From contig JBFGLM010000003.1 of NCBI GenBank assembly GCA_041576165.1, positions 32,001-96,000 on the forward strand: a stretch of DNA of 64,000 nucleotides, given 5' to 3'. The position numbers and the translations under genes were made by a program. Below, piece after piece: positions 38,684 through 49,133 of this stretch (positions within the stretch are counted from its first letter, which is position 1; every line of letters begins with the position of its first letter). This DNA comes from Acidimicrobiia bacterium. Its GTDB lineage: Bacteria; Actinomycetota; Acidimicrobiia; Spongiisociales; Spongiisociaceae. The notes under the pieces were generated by a model, which saw only the letters and a program-made list of their open reading frames with translations, was not told the DNA's origin and did not search any database.

Positions 38684-40992
38684 CCTGGGTGGGCTCATCG
38701 ATCAAGCGCAGAGAAGATCGGCCGCTGCTCAACGGCGAAGCCCGATTCAGCGCAGATATCGCCGGGGCCACGGACGCAGTCGCCTTTGTGCGTTCGCCGG
38801 TGCCGGCTGGGGCCATCACAGATGTGGAGGTGCCCGAAAGTGTCGTCGTTTTCACGGGTAACGACTTGGCCGAAGTCGCACCGATCACCCCAATCCTGCA
38901 CCGGCCCGACTACGTGCGCGTACCCCAGCCTGTCATAGCGCGTGATCGGGTCAGCTATGTCGGCGAACCCGTAGCGATGGTGGTGGCGCCCAGCCGGGAG
39001 ATGGCCGAGGACTGGGCAGAAATGGTGTATGTCGACATCGACGAAACCCCACCAGTGCTGGGGCTCGATGCGGCCGAACGGGCTGCGGCAGTTGCACACC
39101 CGTTCCTCGATTCGAACGTGGTCGTGGAGGGCGTTTTCGACACGGGCGATGTCGACTCGCGGGTGGCCGATGCCGCCCGCGTGGTTGACGTTGAGATTCG
39201 CTCACATCGCCAGAACGCCATGCCGCTGGAGACGCGCGGAGCGACCGCCGTATACGACCCGGCCTCTAGTCGCATCACGCTGTGGGCATCTACTCAGATG
39301 CCGCACGTGGTCCGGACCGTGATAGCGGATCTAGTGGGTATGCCCGAATCGCTGCTGCGGGTCGTCGCTCCCGCAGTCGGCGGCGGCTTCGGCCAGAAGG
39401 TCCCGCTACCACCCGAGTACGTTGCGGTGGTGTGGGCTGCCCGAAAGATGAAGCGTTCCGTGGCGTGGGTTGAGGATCGGCGCGAGAACTTCATGTCCTC
39501 GTTCCACGCTCGCGATCAGCGCTACCGGGTGCGCGCGGCCTTTGACGAGGATGCGCGACTGACGGCGCTCGACGCGGAAATTGCCTGTGACGTTGGCGCC
39601 TTCTCGTGCTACCCGATCACCTGGGGGGTCGAACCGCTGATGGCGATGGGTGAGTTGCCAGGTCCCTACGACGTGCAGAGCTACCGGGTACGGTCACGGG
39701 CACTCACCACCAACACCTGCCCGATGTCGCCGTACCGAGGCGTCTCGCGACCGGTGTTGACGCTCACGATGGAGCGCATCATGGATCTGGCCGGAGAGCA
39801 GTTTGGCCTCGGCCCGATCGAGGTGCGAAGGCGCAACCTCGTTGACCGGTTTCCGTACACCTCAGTGACGGGCGTGACGTACGACGAAGGCACCTACGTC
39901 CAAACCATGGACCTTGCGGCCGAGAAGATTGCCCTCGACCGTTTTCGCGAGCGGCAACGGGCGGCCCAGGCCGATGGGCGATACCTCGGGATCGGCTTCT
40001 CGGTCTTCTCGGAGCGAACTGGTTATGGAACCCCCACTTTCGCGGCCCGGGGGATGGACGTTACGCCGGGCTACGAGTCCGTCGACTTGGGGATGGACCC
40101 GTCCGGGCACGTCGAGGTGCGGATCGGGGCGAGCCCCCACGGACAGGGGCTGGTGACCACGCTGAGCCAGCTCGTGGCCGACCGTCTCGGCGTGACCCCC
40201 GAAGATGTGACGGTGGTCCATTCTGACACCGACCGGACACCCTACGGTTGGGGAACCTTTGCTTCCCGCTCGATGGTGATCTCGGGCGGCGCCGCCCGCA
40301 TTGCGGCCGACCGGATGTCGCAGCTGCTGGGCTCGATCGCGGCGGAGCTCCTCGAGGCGAGCGAGGCCGATATCGAGCTGGTCGACGGCCATGCCGTGGT
40401 GCGTGGCACCGACGTCCGGATGCCCATAGCGGATCTCGCTCGAGTGGCGTATCACCAGAGCCACCGGCTCCCGGCCGGAGTCGGGCCGGGCCTGGCGACG
40501 CAGGGCGCGTACGACCCGGCGGGCACATTCTCGAACGCGTGCCACGTGGCGACTGTAGAGGTGGATATCGAGACCGGTGGGGTCAGGTGTGAGCACTTCT
40601 TGGTGGTGGAGGACGCCGGACTGCTCATCAATCCGATGATCGTCGACGGACAGGTGGCCGGCGGCGTGACACAGGGCATCGCCAATGCCCTCTATGAAGA
40701 GGTCGTCTACGACGACGGCGGGAACATCCTCACCACGTCATTGCTCGATTATCTGCCGCCGACCGCGTCCGAAGTGCCGCCGATCGAAATCGTGCACCTC
40801 GAGACCATCACCGACGCGTCACTCACCGGCGCCAAGGGTCTCGGGGAGGGAGGAACCATCGGCGCTCCGGCAGCGGTCATCAACGCTGTCTCCGATGCGC
40901 TCCGGCCGCTGGGAGTGGAGGTATTCGAAATGCCGATAACCCCCGATCGGATTCTCGATCTCATCCGCAGTGCTCGCGGTGCCGAGTCATGA
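38680..40992 (+). CDS. Molybdenum hydroxylase large subunit 1 (xanthine oxidase family)
   Basis: GGGFGQK, active-site loop PYRGVSR, PHGQG, FASRS, GAKGLGEGG. Confidence 0.92.
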   Translation: MTWVGSSIKRREDRPLLNGEARFSADIAGATDAVAFVRSPVPAGAITDVEVPESVVVFTGNDLAEVAPITPILHRPDYVRVPQPVIARDRVSYVGEPVAMVVAPSREMAEDWAEMVYVDIDETPPVLGLDAAERAAAVAHPFLDSNVVVEGVFDTGDVDSRVADAARVVDVEIRSHRQNAMPLETRGATAVYDPASSRITLWASTQMPHVVRTVIADLVGMPESLLRVVAPAVGGGFGQKVPLPPEYVAVVWAARKMKRSVAWVEDRRENFMSSFHARDQRYRVRAAFDEDARLTALDAEIACDVGAFSCYPITWGVEPLMAMGELPGPYDVQSYRVRSRALTTNTCPMSPYRGVSRPVLTLTMERIMDLAGEQFGLGPIEVRRRNLVDRFPYTSVTGVTYDEGTYVQTMDLAAEKIALDRFRERQRAAQADGRYLGIGFSVFSERTGYGTPTFAARGMDVTPGYESVDLGMDPSGHVEVRIGASPHGQGLVTTLSQLVADRLGVTPEDVTVVHSDTDRTPYGWGTFASRSMVISGGAARIAADRMSQLLGSIAAELLEASEADIELVDGHAVVRGTDVRMPIADLARVAYHQSHRLPAGVGPGLATQGAYDPAGTFSNACHVATVEVDIETGGVRCEHFLVVEDAGLLINPMIVDGQVAGGVTQGIANALYEEVVYDDGGNILTTSLLDYLPPTASEVPPIEIVHLETITDASLTGAKGLGEGGTIGAPAAVINAVSDALRPLGVEVFEMPITPDRILDLIRSARGAES

Positions 40993-41468
40993 GCGAATCG
41001 CGGTTCGACGTCGTCTTGCACGTGAACGGAACCGACTATTCGGTGCGGGTGCCGGCACGGCGCACGCTGGCCGACGCCTTGCGGGATGATTGTGGACTTA
41101 CCGGCACCCACCTCGGCTGCGAGCACGGCGTGTGCGGGGCATGCACGGTCCTGATCGATGATGCCCCCGTGCGGGCCTGTCTCATGTTTGCCGTGCAAGC
41201 GGAGGGCACGTCTATCCGCACGGTCGAGGGACTAGCCGACGGCGAGGAGCTACATCCGATCCAGCAGGCGTTCTGGGAGCATCACGGACTGCAGTGTGGC
41301 TTTTGCACACCAGGCTTTCTGATGCTGGCCGTTGGGTTCCTCGAGTCGGAACCTGATCCCAGCGATGAGCGCCTGGTGGAGATTCTGTCTTCGAATCTCT
41401 GCCGCTGCACCGGGTATCAGAACATCATCACGGCCGTACGCGCCGCCGCCGCCGTCATGCGGGAGTGA
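40989..41468 (+). CDS. Molybdenum hydroxylase 2x[2Fe-2S] (small) subunit
   Basis: GCEHGVCGACT..AC, QCGFCTPG, NLCRCTGY. Confidence 0.96.
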   Translation: MSESRFDVVLHVNGTDYSVRVPARRTLADALRDDCGLTGTHLGCEHGVCGACTVLIDDAPVRACLMFAVQAEGTSIRTVEGLADGEELHPIQQAFWEHHGLQCGFCTPGFLMLAVGFLESEPDPSDERLVEILSSNLCRCTGYQNIITAVRAAAAVMRE

Positions 41469-41471
41469 GCG

Positions 41472-43748
41472 GTGGCCCTCATCGGGAGCTCCGTCAAACG
41501 GGTGGAGGACCGGCCGATGTTGCGCGGCGAGGCGCGATTTGCCGCCGATGTCTCGTTGCCGCATCAGCTCCACATGCGAGTCGTCCGCTCACCGCTCGCC
41601 GCGGGGCGTTTGCTGTCTGTCGAGATGGAGGACGCGCTGGCGCTCCACGGCGTGGTCGCAGTCTGGGCGTCTCCAGACGTGGCCGACCTGGGGGTCATCG
41701 ATTTCCGGATGACGAAGGTCGGCGGGCTCGAGCCGTACCGCCAGCCGGTGCTCGCCCGCGACTTCGTTCGATATGTCGGCGAACCCCTCGCGGTGGTATT
41801 TGCCGATGATGCGTACGTGGCGGAGGACGCCGCCGATCTGGTGTTTGCCGACATCGAACCACTGGAAGCGGCCACGGATGCGCGCCGGGCGGCGCCGTTC
41901 CTGCCCGACCTATCTCCTGAGGTAGCGCTCATCGAAAAGTCGTACGGCGACGTCGAGGCTGCCTTTGCCGCAGCGGACAGCGTGGTCGAGCTCGAGCTGA
42001 TCGTCGGGCGCCACACCGGCGTGCCCATGGAGACCCGGGGGAGCCTGGCCGCGTGGGACGGCACCATGCTGCGGGTGTACGGGGCCGCCAAGGTGCCGCA
42101 CTACAACCGCCAGGCCCTGAGTCGCATGCTCGGGATCCCACCCCCTCAGGTGCATCTCCACGAGGGGCATGTGGGCGGTGGATTCGGGATCAGAGGCGAG
42201 TTGTATCCCGAGGACGTCCTGGTGGCGGCGGCCGCGATACGGCTGGGCCGGCCTGTGAAATGGATCGAGGATCGACGCGAGCACCTGCTGGCCGCCAACC
42301 ACTCGCGGGATCAGGTTCACCGCGTTCGGGCGGCGGTACGCAGCGACGGATTCGTGCTGGCGATCGATGACGAGTTCTGGCTCGATCAGGGTGCCTACGT
42401 CCGTACCCACGCGGTTACGGTGCCCGATCTGACGGCCGCCATGCTGCCCGGACCGTACCTGGTCCCCGCCTACCGGGCCCGCGGTCACGTTGTGCTCACC
42501 AACAAGACGCCGGCGGGTACTTACCGGGCACCGGGCCGGTACGAAGGAACGTTCGTCCGGGAGCGACTCGTCGATGCGATCGCGGCCGAACTGGACATCG
42601 ACCCGATCGAGGTCCGCCGGCGCAACTTGATCCCAGCGGACCAGATGCCGTATCACCGCGAGCTGATGGCGCTCGGGACCGAGGTCACGCACGATTCGGG
42701 CCGGTACCACCACCTGCTGGATCAGACGCTCGCCCACCTCGACCACCCGGCGCTAGAGGCCGAACTGGCCGGGCGGCGGGCGGCGGGCGAGCTGGTGGGG
42801 TTGGGCCTCGCGTGCTTTGTGGAAAAGAGCGGCCTGGGTCCCTACGAGGGGGTGACGGTGACGGTCGACGAAAGCGGCGCAGTCGAGGTGGTGACCGGAG
42901 CGGCGTCGGTCGGACAGGGGGTGGAGACCGTCATCGGTCAGATCTGTGGCGACGAGCTGGGTGCCGGTCTCGACGCCATCCGAGTGATCCATGGGCAGAC
43001 CGACCGGATCTCGCACGGAATGGGCGCTTTCGCGTCCCGGGTCACCGTGATGACCGGGGCCGCCACCCAGATGGCGGCCCAGACGGTGCGGCGGAAGCTA
43101 CTCGACGTGGCCAGCACGCTGCTCGAGGCCGACCCGACCGATCTCACCGTCCGGGATGGAGTGGTCTCGGTAAAAGGATCGCCTGGCACCCCGTCAGTCT
43201 CTTTCGCGGAAGTGGCCCAGGCCGTAGCTCCCGGTACGCCGGGAGGCGCCGCGCACGGTCCGGGACTGTCGGCGACCGAGTGGTTCACGTCCCAACACAT
43301 GAGCTACCCGTACGGAGTACACGCCGCGATCGTACGGGTCGATCCCGACACCGTGGCCGTGACCGTCGAGCGGTATGTCATCGCCTATGACATCGGGCGG
43401 GCCGTCAATCCCCAACTCGTCGACGGCCAGTTGGTGGGAGCCGCCGCCCAGGGCATAGGCGGAGCGCTGTACGAAGAGTTCCGCTACGACGAACACGGCC
43501 AGCCGCTGGCGGCCTCATTCATGGACTATCTGATGCCGACTGCTTGCGAGATGCCGGTTGTAGAAACCCTCGTCACCGAGGACGCACCGAGCCCTCTCAA
43601 TCCGCTGGGTCTCAAGGGGGCGGGCGAGGGCGGCATCACGGCCGTTGGTGCGGCTGTCGCTGCGGCCATTGACGCTGCCGTCGGACGGCCAGGCACCGTC
43701 GTGCGCATCCCGGCGACACCCGACCGGCTCCGGGCTGCGCTGGGCTAG
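41472..43748 (+). CDS. Molybdenum hydroxylase large subunit 2 (KdhL-like from recall)
   Basis: GGGFGIRGE, TNKTPAGTYRAPGRYE, SVGQG, QGIGGALYEEF, GLKGAGEGG. Confidence 0.9.
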   Translation: MALIGSSVKRVEDRPMLRGEARFAADVSLPHQLHMRVVRSPLAAGRLLSVEMEDALALHGVVAVWASPDVADLGVIDFRMTKVGGLEPYRQPVLARDFVRYVGEPLAVVFADDAYVAEDAADLVFADIEPLEAATDARRAAPFLPDLSPEVALIEKSYGDVEAAFAAADSVVELELIVGRHTGVPMETRGSLAAWDGTMLRVYGAAKVPHYNRQALSRMLGIPPPQVHLHEGHVGGGFGIRGELYPEDVLVAAAAIRLGRPVKWIEDRREHLLAANHSRDQVHRVRAAVRSDGFVLAIDDEFWLDQGAYVRTHAVTVPDLTAAMLPGPYLVPAYRARGHVVLTNKTPAGTYRAPGRYEGTFVRERLVDAIAAELDIDPIEVRRRNLIPADQMPYHRELMALGTEVTHDSGRYHHLLDQTLAHLDHPALEAELAGRRAAGELVGLGLACFVEKSGLGPYEGVTVTVDESGAVEVVTGAASVGQGVETVIGQICGDELGAGLDAIRVIHGQTDRISHGMGAFASRVTVMTGAATQMAAQTVRRKLLDVASTLLEADPTDLTVRDGVVSVKGSPGTPSVSFAEVAQAVAPGTPGGAAHGPGLSATEWFTSQHMSYPYGVHAAIVRVDPDTVAVTVERYVIAYDIGRAVNPQLVDGQLVGAAAQGIGGALYEEFRYDEHGQPLAASFMDYLMPTACEMPVVETLVTEDAPSPLNPLGLKGAGEGGITAVGAAVAAAIDAAVGRPGTVVRIPATPDRLRAALG

Positions 43749-43884
43749 CCCGGACGCGAGCGCTTGCACCATTGGGCGGGGTCGACGGCGGTGTCCAGCC
43801 AATATCACTCAGATTGAAGAGACTTGAGCATGGCTCGATGGAGCTGGCTAGAGTCCTTGCGATCGGCTTCGAGGAGGATCGAAC

Positions 43885-45147
43885 GTGACGGCTGAGCTGA
43901 TCACCTCCAGCGCCCCGCGACCCCTGGCCAACTACAGCGAGGCATACCGGGTGGGCGACCTCGTTTTCGCTGCCGGCCAGCTGGCATCTGACTTCGTGAC
44001 GGGTGTGCCGCCCGAGGCCTCGACAAACAAGGCTTTTCCCTTCTACGGCTCGGAGATCAAGGCCCAAACCCGCTACATCCTCGACAACCTAGGCGCGACC
44101 TTCGAGGCCGCCGGATCTTCGCTCGAGAACATCGTGAAGGCGCAGGTGTTCATGACCGACATGCGCGACTTCAACGCGTTCGACGAGGTCTGGAAGGAGT
44201 ATTTCGGAGCCAACGTGCCGGCTCGGACCACCGTGGGCACCACCGAGCTGCTCGGGGCAGGGCCCGCCCAGCTCATCGAGATCGATCTGATCGGTCACAC
44301 GAACGACATCGAGGGTGAGGTGATCAGCTCGTCCGCTCCCAGTCCGCTTGCCAACTACACAGAGGCGATCCGGGTTGGAAATCTCGTATTTGCAGCCGGC
44401 CAGCTTGCGAACGACTTCGTCACCGGGGTCCCGGCTGAGGCGAAGGTACATCCGAACTTTCCGTACTACGGATCGGACATCAAACTGCAGACCCGCTACA
44501 TCCTCGACAATTTCATCAAGACGTTCGAAGCCGCCGACTCGTCGCTGGATAACGTGGTCAAAGCACAGGTGTTCATGATGGACATGGCGGACTTCAACGG
44601 ATTCGACGAGGTGTGGAGGGAGTACTTCGGCGACAATCCGCCGCCGCGGACCACCGTCGGGACGACCGAGCTGTTGGGCTCCGGCCCGGAGCAGCTGCTC
44701 GAGATCGACCTGATCGCGCACACCAACACCACCTCCAAACGGGTCGTTACCTCCGATGCCCCCCAACCGCTGGCCAACTATTCAGAAGCTGTCATCGTGG
44801 ACGGACTGGTGTTCGCAGCGGGTCAGCTGGCGTCGGACTTCGAGACAGGGGTCCCGCCCGGAGCTCGAGCCAATCCGGCCTTCCCGTTCTATGGCTCCAA
44901 CATCAAGGCGCAAGCCCGCTACATCCTGGACAACCTCAGGAAGACCTTCACGGCCGCCGGTGGTTCGTTGACCAGCGCTTTCAAAGCCCAGGTCTTCATG
45001 ACCGACCTGCGCGACTTCAACGCGTTCGACGAGGTCTGGAAGGAGTACTTCGGTGATCAGCTCCCGGCCCGAACCACGGTCGGTACCAGCGGTCTCCTGG
45101 TAAAGGACACGCTCGTGGAAGTAGATCTCATCGGCGCCGTCGACTGA
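43885..45147 (+). CDS. Triple-domain Rid (YjgF/YER057c/UK114) protein
   Basis: Three ~141-aa repeats, each with PLANY[ST]EA, LVFAAGQLA, DFNxFDEVW, P[AP]RTTV and E[IV]DLI. Confidence 0.92.
   Translation: MTAELITSSAPRPLANYSEAYRVGDLVFAAGQLASDFVTGVPPEASTNKAFPFYGSEIKAQTRYILDNLGATFEAAGSSLENIVKAQVFMTDMRDFNAFDEVWKEYFGANVPARTTVGTTELLGAGPAQLIEIDLIGHTNDIEGEVISSSAPSPLANYTEAIRVGNLVFAAGQLANDFVTGVPAEAKVHPNFPYYGSDIKLQTRYILDNFIKTFEAADSSLDNVVKAQVFMMDMADFNGFDEVWREYFGDNPPPRTTVGTTELLGSGPEQLLEIDLIAHTNTTSKRVVTSDAPQPLANYSEAVIVDGLVFAAGQLASDFETGVPPGARANPAFPFYGSNIKAQARYILDNLRKTFTAAGGSLTSAFKAQVFMTDLRDFNAFDEVWKEYFGDQLPARTTVGTSGLLVKDTLVEVDLIGAVD
44162..45047 (+). repeat. Intragenic triplication with a 423-nt period; identical 40-nt blocks at 44162-44201 and 45008-45047
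   Basis: TGCGCGACTTCAACGCGTTCGACGAGGTCTGGAAGGAGTA occurs twice, 846 nt apart, with a diverged copy in between. Confidence 0.85.
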
Positions 45148-45186
45148 CGGTGCCAACGGAAATCAGCCGAGACAGAAGGGGCACGC

Positions 45187-46506
45187 ATGAGGAGGAAATG
45201 GCCGAGGTATGCGGTCGCGCTGTTGGTGTTCACCCTGGTGGCTGCCGCATGCGGCGACGGCGATGATGAAACGGCCGACACGGCCGCAGACGCAGGAACG
45301 GAAACGACCGCAGCCGGCGATACCGGAGCAGCGCCCAGCGGTGAGCCGATCAAGCTGGGCATGCTCATCGGCGTGACCGGCGACTACTCACCTTGGTACG
45401 ACCCGAGCAAAGCCGGCGCCGATGTAGCTATTGACGAGATCAACGCCGCCGGTGGCGTGCTCGGTCGTCCGGTCGAGCTCGTCGTGGTCGACAACCTGTC
45501 GACCCCAGAAGGCGCCGTTCAGGGCTTCAATCAGATCGTGGACGTCGAGGCGGTTGACGCCCTCGGCGGCGTGGAGTCAGACGGCGCGGTCGCCAACCTG
45601 CAAACGATCAAAGAGCTAGAACTGCCGACGATGTGTCCTGCATGCGGTACGTCGGAGCTCGACGAGGCCGGGGGCGATTACATCTTCCGCATCACCGGCT
45701 CCGACACGGATGGCGGCATCATCGCTGCGCAGTTCGCCCGCGACTCCGGGTTCACCAGCGTGGCGATGCTGGTACAGAACACCGAGGGCGCCTCGGCTCC
45801 GGCCGACGTCTTCAAAGAGGTGTTCCAGTCGACAGGTGGTGAGATAGTCGCGGACGTACGCTTCGATCCGGGCCAGGCGTCATACCAGGCGCAGGTGGAT
45901 CAAGCCTTCGCGGACGAACCCGATGCGGTATACCTGGGAGCAGGATTCGAAGCCGGTGGGATCATCCTGCAGGAGTGGCAACGGCGCGGTTACGGCGGGA
46001 ACTGGTTGTTTTCGCCCGACCTCATCGTCCCCGAGATCGCCAGCCTGGTGGATCAAGGCGTGGAGATCGGCGATGGCGTGGCCCGTGCTGCCATCCCGTC
46101 CTATGACACCAGCAGCAACGCGTACACCTCGTATGCGCCGCGTTATGAGGCGATAACAGGTGAGCCTCCCTCACCCGGCTTGTATGACGCCAACCAATAC
46201 GACCAGTACATCGTGCTGGCGCTGGCAATGGCCGCTGCCGGCTCCACTGACGGAGCTGCAGTCTCCGAACAGATACCGGCGATCCTGAATCCGCCCGGAA
46301 CGGTGGTTTACACCTACGCCGACGGTCTGGCGGCGCTGGAAGCCGGTGACGACATCGACTTCCACGGCGCGTCCTCGTCGCTGGACGTGAATCAGTTCGG
46401 CAATCTGTCCAGCCCGACCTTCGGCGAACAACAGATCATGGACGGCGAGTGGACCCAGGTCGGCGAGGTGACCCTGGATCCCGCTTTGAAGGAGGCGCTC
46501 AGCTAG
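45187..46506 (+). CDS. ABC transporter substrate-binding lipoprotein (LivK/HAAT family)
   Basis: Lipobox AAAC-G, PIKLG, EINAAGGVLGRPVELVVVD. Confidence 0.92.
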   Translation: MRRKWPRYAVALLVFTLVAAACGDGDDETADTAADAGTETTAAGDTGAAPSGEPIKLGMLIGVTGDYSPWYDPSKAGADVAIDEINAAGGVLGRPVELVVVDNLSTPEGAVQGFNQIVDVEAVDALGGVESDGAVANLQTIKELELPTMCPACGTSELDEAGGDYIFRITGSDTDGGIIAAQFARDSGFTSVAMLVQNTEGASAPADVFKEVFQSTGGEIVADVRFDPGQASYQAQVDQAFADEPDAVYLGAGFEAGGIILQEWQRRGYGGNWLFSPDLIVPEIASLVDQGVEIGDGVARAAIPSYDTSSNAYTSYAPRYEAITGEPPSPGLYDANQYDQYIVLALAMAAAGSTDGAAVSEQIPAILNPPGTVVYTYADGLAALEAGDDIDFHGASSSLDVNQFGNLSSPTFGEQQIMDGEWTQVGEVTLDPALKEALS

Positions 46507-46517
46507 TAGACGGCGGA

Positions 46518-46547
46518 CCCGGGGGGCGGTACCGCCCGCTTCCCGGG
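46518..46547 (+). terminator. Intergenic hairpin after the SBP gene (partial terminator or mRNA stabiliser)
   Basis: CCCGGGGGGCGG-TACCGC-CCGCTTCCCGGG. Confidence 0.5.
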
Positions 46548-46567
46548 GCCCTCGACGCAGCTGTCAC

Positions 46568-47431
46568 ATGCAGAACATCATCTTCGGCCTCATCACGGGC
46601 AGCATCCTCGCGATTGCCACCGTCGGCTTCTCGATGATTCGCCAGACTGAGGGATTCATCAACATTGCCCACGGCCAGTTCCTGACACTTGGTGCGTTCA
46701 TGGGGTTCTTTTTCGTGTCCACCGTGGGGGTCAATGTGTTCTTGGCCGGGCTACTGGCGGCAATCGTCGTGGGGGTCTCAGGGGTGGTGATTTCGCGCAT
46801 TGTTTTCCGGCCGATCGCCCACTCGGGGCCGCTGGCGCAGCTGTTCACATCGATCGGCCTGGCGTTTCTCATGTTCGGCCTCATCCGAGTCGTGTTCGGT
46901 GCCAGCGTGAAGTTCTTCCCGACCAGCTTTGGGACCCGGTTCGATCTCGGTCCGGTCAACGTCACGGTGGGCGAGATACTCATCGTGGCGGTCGCCGGGG
47001 TGAGCGTGGCGGCGCTTGCCCTGTTCCTCACCCGCACCCGGTTGGGAACCTCGATACGAGCCACTGCCTCCAACCCGTCACTCGCAGAGGTGCGTGGCAT
47101 CCCGGTCGAACGGGTTTCGGCGGCGGTGTGGTTCATCGCGTCGGGCCTCGCCGGCCTGGCGGGCGTGATGGTCGGGTTGATCAGCAACGTCAATTCTGAG
47201 ATGGGTTTCCAGCAGATCCTCATAATCCTGGCCGCCGCGGTGTTGGGAGGGCTGGGCTCGATCTATGGAGTGCTCGCGGCGGGCCTGCTCCTGGGCCTGG
47301 CGATGGACCTGTCCGCCCTCGTCATCCCGACCGCCTATCGCTCCGTTGTCGCCTTCGGGCTCTTGATCGTGGTACTGGTGGTGCGCCCCCAGGGTCTGTT
47401 CGCGATCGCAGCCCGCAAGGAGGCCGCATGA
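46568..47431 (+). CDS. HAAT ABC permease (LivH-like)
   Basis: INIAHG, TRLGTSIRA, AVLGGLGSIYG; multi-pass membrane protein. Confidence 0.92.
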   Translation: MQNIIFGLITGSILAIATVGFSMIRQTEGFINIAHGQFLTLGAFMGFFFVSTVGVNVFLAGLLAAIVVGVSGVVISRIVFRPIAHSGPLAQLFTSIGLAFLMFGLIRVVFGASVKFFPTSFGTRFDLGPVNVTVGEILIVAVAGVSVAALALFLTRTRLGTSIRATASNPSLAEVRGIPVERVSAAVWFIASGLAGLAGVMVGLISNVNSEMGFQQILIILAAAVLGGLGSIYGVLAAGLLLGLAMDLSALVIPTAYRSVVAFGLLIVVLVVRPQGLFAIAARKEAA

Positions 47432-48381
47432 CGGGGGTGTTCTTCTTCTTCGTTGGTGTGCTGACGCTGGCCGGCATATTCGCGGTATTCGCCATGATCC
47501 TGAACCTCGAGGCCGGATGGGCCGGCATGTGGGATCTGGGCATCGCCGGGTTGCTGGCCGTCGGCGGTTACACGTTCATCATCTTCACGCAAACCCAATC
47601 CGACGACGTGGCGTTCGCTCCCGGCCTGCCGATGTGGGTGGGAGTGATTCTGGGGAGCCTCGCCGGCGGCGTTGCGGCGCTGATCATCGGCGTCCCTTCG
47701 TTGCGTGTGCGCGGCGAGTACTTCTTGATAACCACGCTGGCGTTCGCCGAGGTGATCCGCCAGCTGGCGGTGAATCTCAGCTCCATCACCCGTGGCACCG
47801 TCGGGTTCAACCAGTTCGACCGGCCGTTTGAGTTTGTTGCTACCGGTCGCGGATACCGGGTGCTTCTCCTCGTTCTCGTATGGGTCGCAGCCGGACTCAT
47901 ATACCTGTTCATGCGCCGGTTGGTTCATGCTCCATACGGTCGTGTTCTGCGTGCGTTTCGCGACAACGATCCCGTGGCTCTCTCGCTCGGTAAGCACACC
48001 AACCGGCATCGGATTCAAACCTTCGTCCTGGCCGGTCTGCTGTACGGGGCGGCAGCACCGTTGTATCTATGGTTCTTGCGTATAGCGACGCCGTCGGTCT
48101 TCAGCGCGGAGGTGACCTTCGTGGCCTGGACGGCGCTCGTGATCGGCGGCATCGGGTCGAAAGCTGGACCGATCCTGGGAGCTGTCGTGCTCCTCGTTGT
48201 CACAGAAGTCGTTTCGCTGACACAGGGATCGGCCGAGCTGGCCGTACTACTCGCCTCGGCACGCTTCGTGGTGCTCGGCCTCGTTCTCATCCTGGTGATG
48301 CGCTACCGGCCCGCCGGGATCATCAGCGAGCAGAGGTCCCTTGCGGGGGCGTCACAACGCGTTGCGGAAACGGTGCCATGA
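47428..48381 (+). CDS. HAAT ABC permease (LivM-like)
   Basis: LRVRGEYFLITTLAFAEVIR, YGRVLRAFRDN, IGGIGS. Confidence 0.92.
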   Translation: MTGVFFFFVGVLTLAGIFAVFAMILNLEAGWAGMWDLGIAGLLAVGGYTFIIFTQTQSDDVAFAPGLPMWVGVILGSLAGGVAALIIGVPSLRVRGEYFLITTLAFAEVIRQLAVNLSSITRGTVGFNQFDRPFEFVATGRGYRVLLLVLVWVAAGLIYLFMRRLVHAPYGRVLRAFRDNDPVALSLGKHTNRHRIQTFVLAGLLYGAAAPLYLWFLRIATPSVFSAEVTFVAWTALVIGGIGSKAGPILGAVVLLVVTEVVSLTQGSAELAVLLASARFVVLGLVLILVMRYRPAGIISEQRSLAGASQRVAETVP

Positions 48382-49133
48382 GCATCCTCGACGTCCAGCA
48401 GGTAACCAAGCGGTTCGGGGGCGTTGTCGCAGTCAATCACGTGGATCTTGCGGTTGCAGAAGGCCAGATAGTGGCCGTCATCGGGCCCAATGGTGCCGGC
48501 AAGACGTCATTGTTCAACGTCGTGTCCGGGTTCGAGACCCCGGACGAAGGCACCGTCACTCTGGACGGCCGGCGCATCGACCGCCAACAACCCTGGCAGA
48601 TCGCCCGGCTTGGCTTGGTCCGGAGTTTTCAGACCCCCGTGGGGTTTCCGGAGCTGAGCGTGTGGGAGAACCTGATGGTGGCGGGGACGGTGCGTGACAC
48701 CGAGCCGGTGCTTTCGGCGCTGAGTGGACGGTGGCGGCGGTCCGAGACCGACGCCAACCGCCGGGCGCTGGATCTGCTCGAACGGCTTGCGTTGGAGAAT
48801 CACTTGGATACTCGTCTGGCTGATCTCACGCCGGGCGACATCAAGCTGGTCGATTTCGCCCGCCAGCTCATGATGCGACCGAGGATGATGTTGCTCGATG
48901 AACCGGCCAGCGGCGTCGATCCCGCCAGCATTGGCCGGTTGAGCGAGCTGATTGCAGACGTCCGGCGAGATGGAATCACGGTGCTGGTGATCGACCACAA
49001 CATCGGGTTCGTGTTGGGCGTCGCCGACCATGTTCACGTCATGGCGCTCGGCGAAGTGATCGCATCCGGTACGCCGGGCGAGATCGTGGCGGACCAGGCC
49101 GTGATCGAGATCTACCTCGGGAAGCGCGCCTGA
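48378..49133 (+). CDS. HAAT ABC ATP-binding protein (LivG-like)
   Basis: KRFGGVVAV, GPNGAGKT, LLDEPASG, IDHN. Confidence 0.92.
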   Translation: MSILDVQQVTKRFGGVVAVNHVDLAVAEGQIVAVIGPNGAGKTSLFNVVSGFETPDEGTVTLDGRRIDRQQPWQIARLGLVRSFQTPVGFPELSVWENLMVAGTVRDTEPVLSALSGRWRRSETDANRRALDLLERLALENHLDTRLADLTPGDIKLVDFARQLMMRPRMMLLDEPASGVDPASIGRLSELIADVRRDGITVLVIDHNIGFVLGVADHVHVMALGEVIASGTPGEIVADQAVIEIYLGKRA

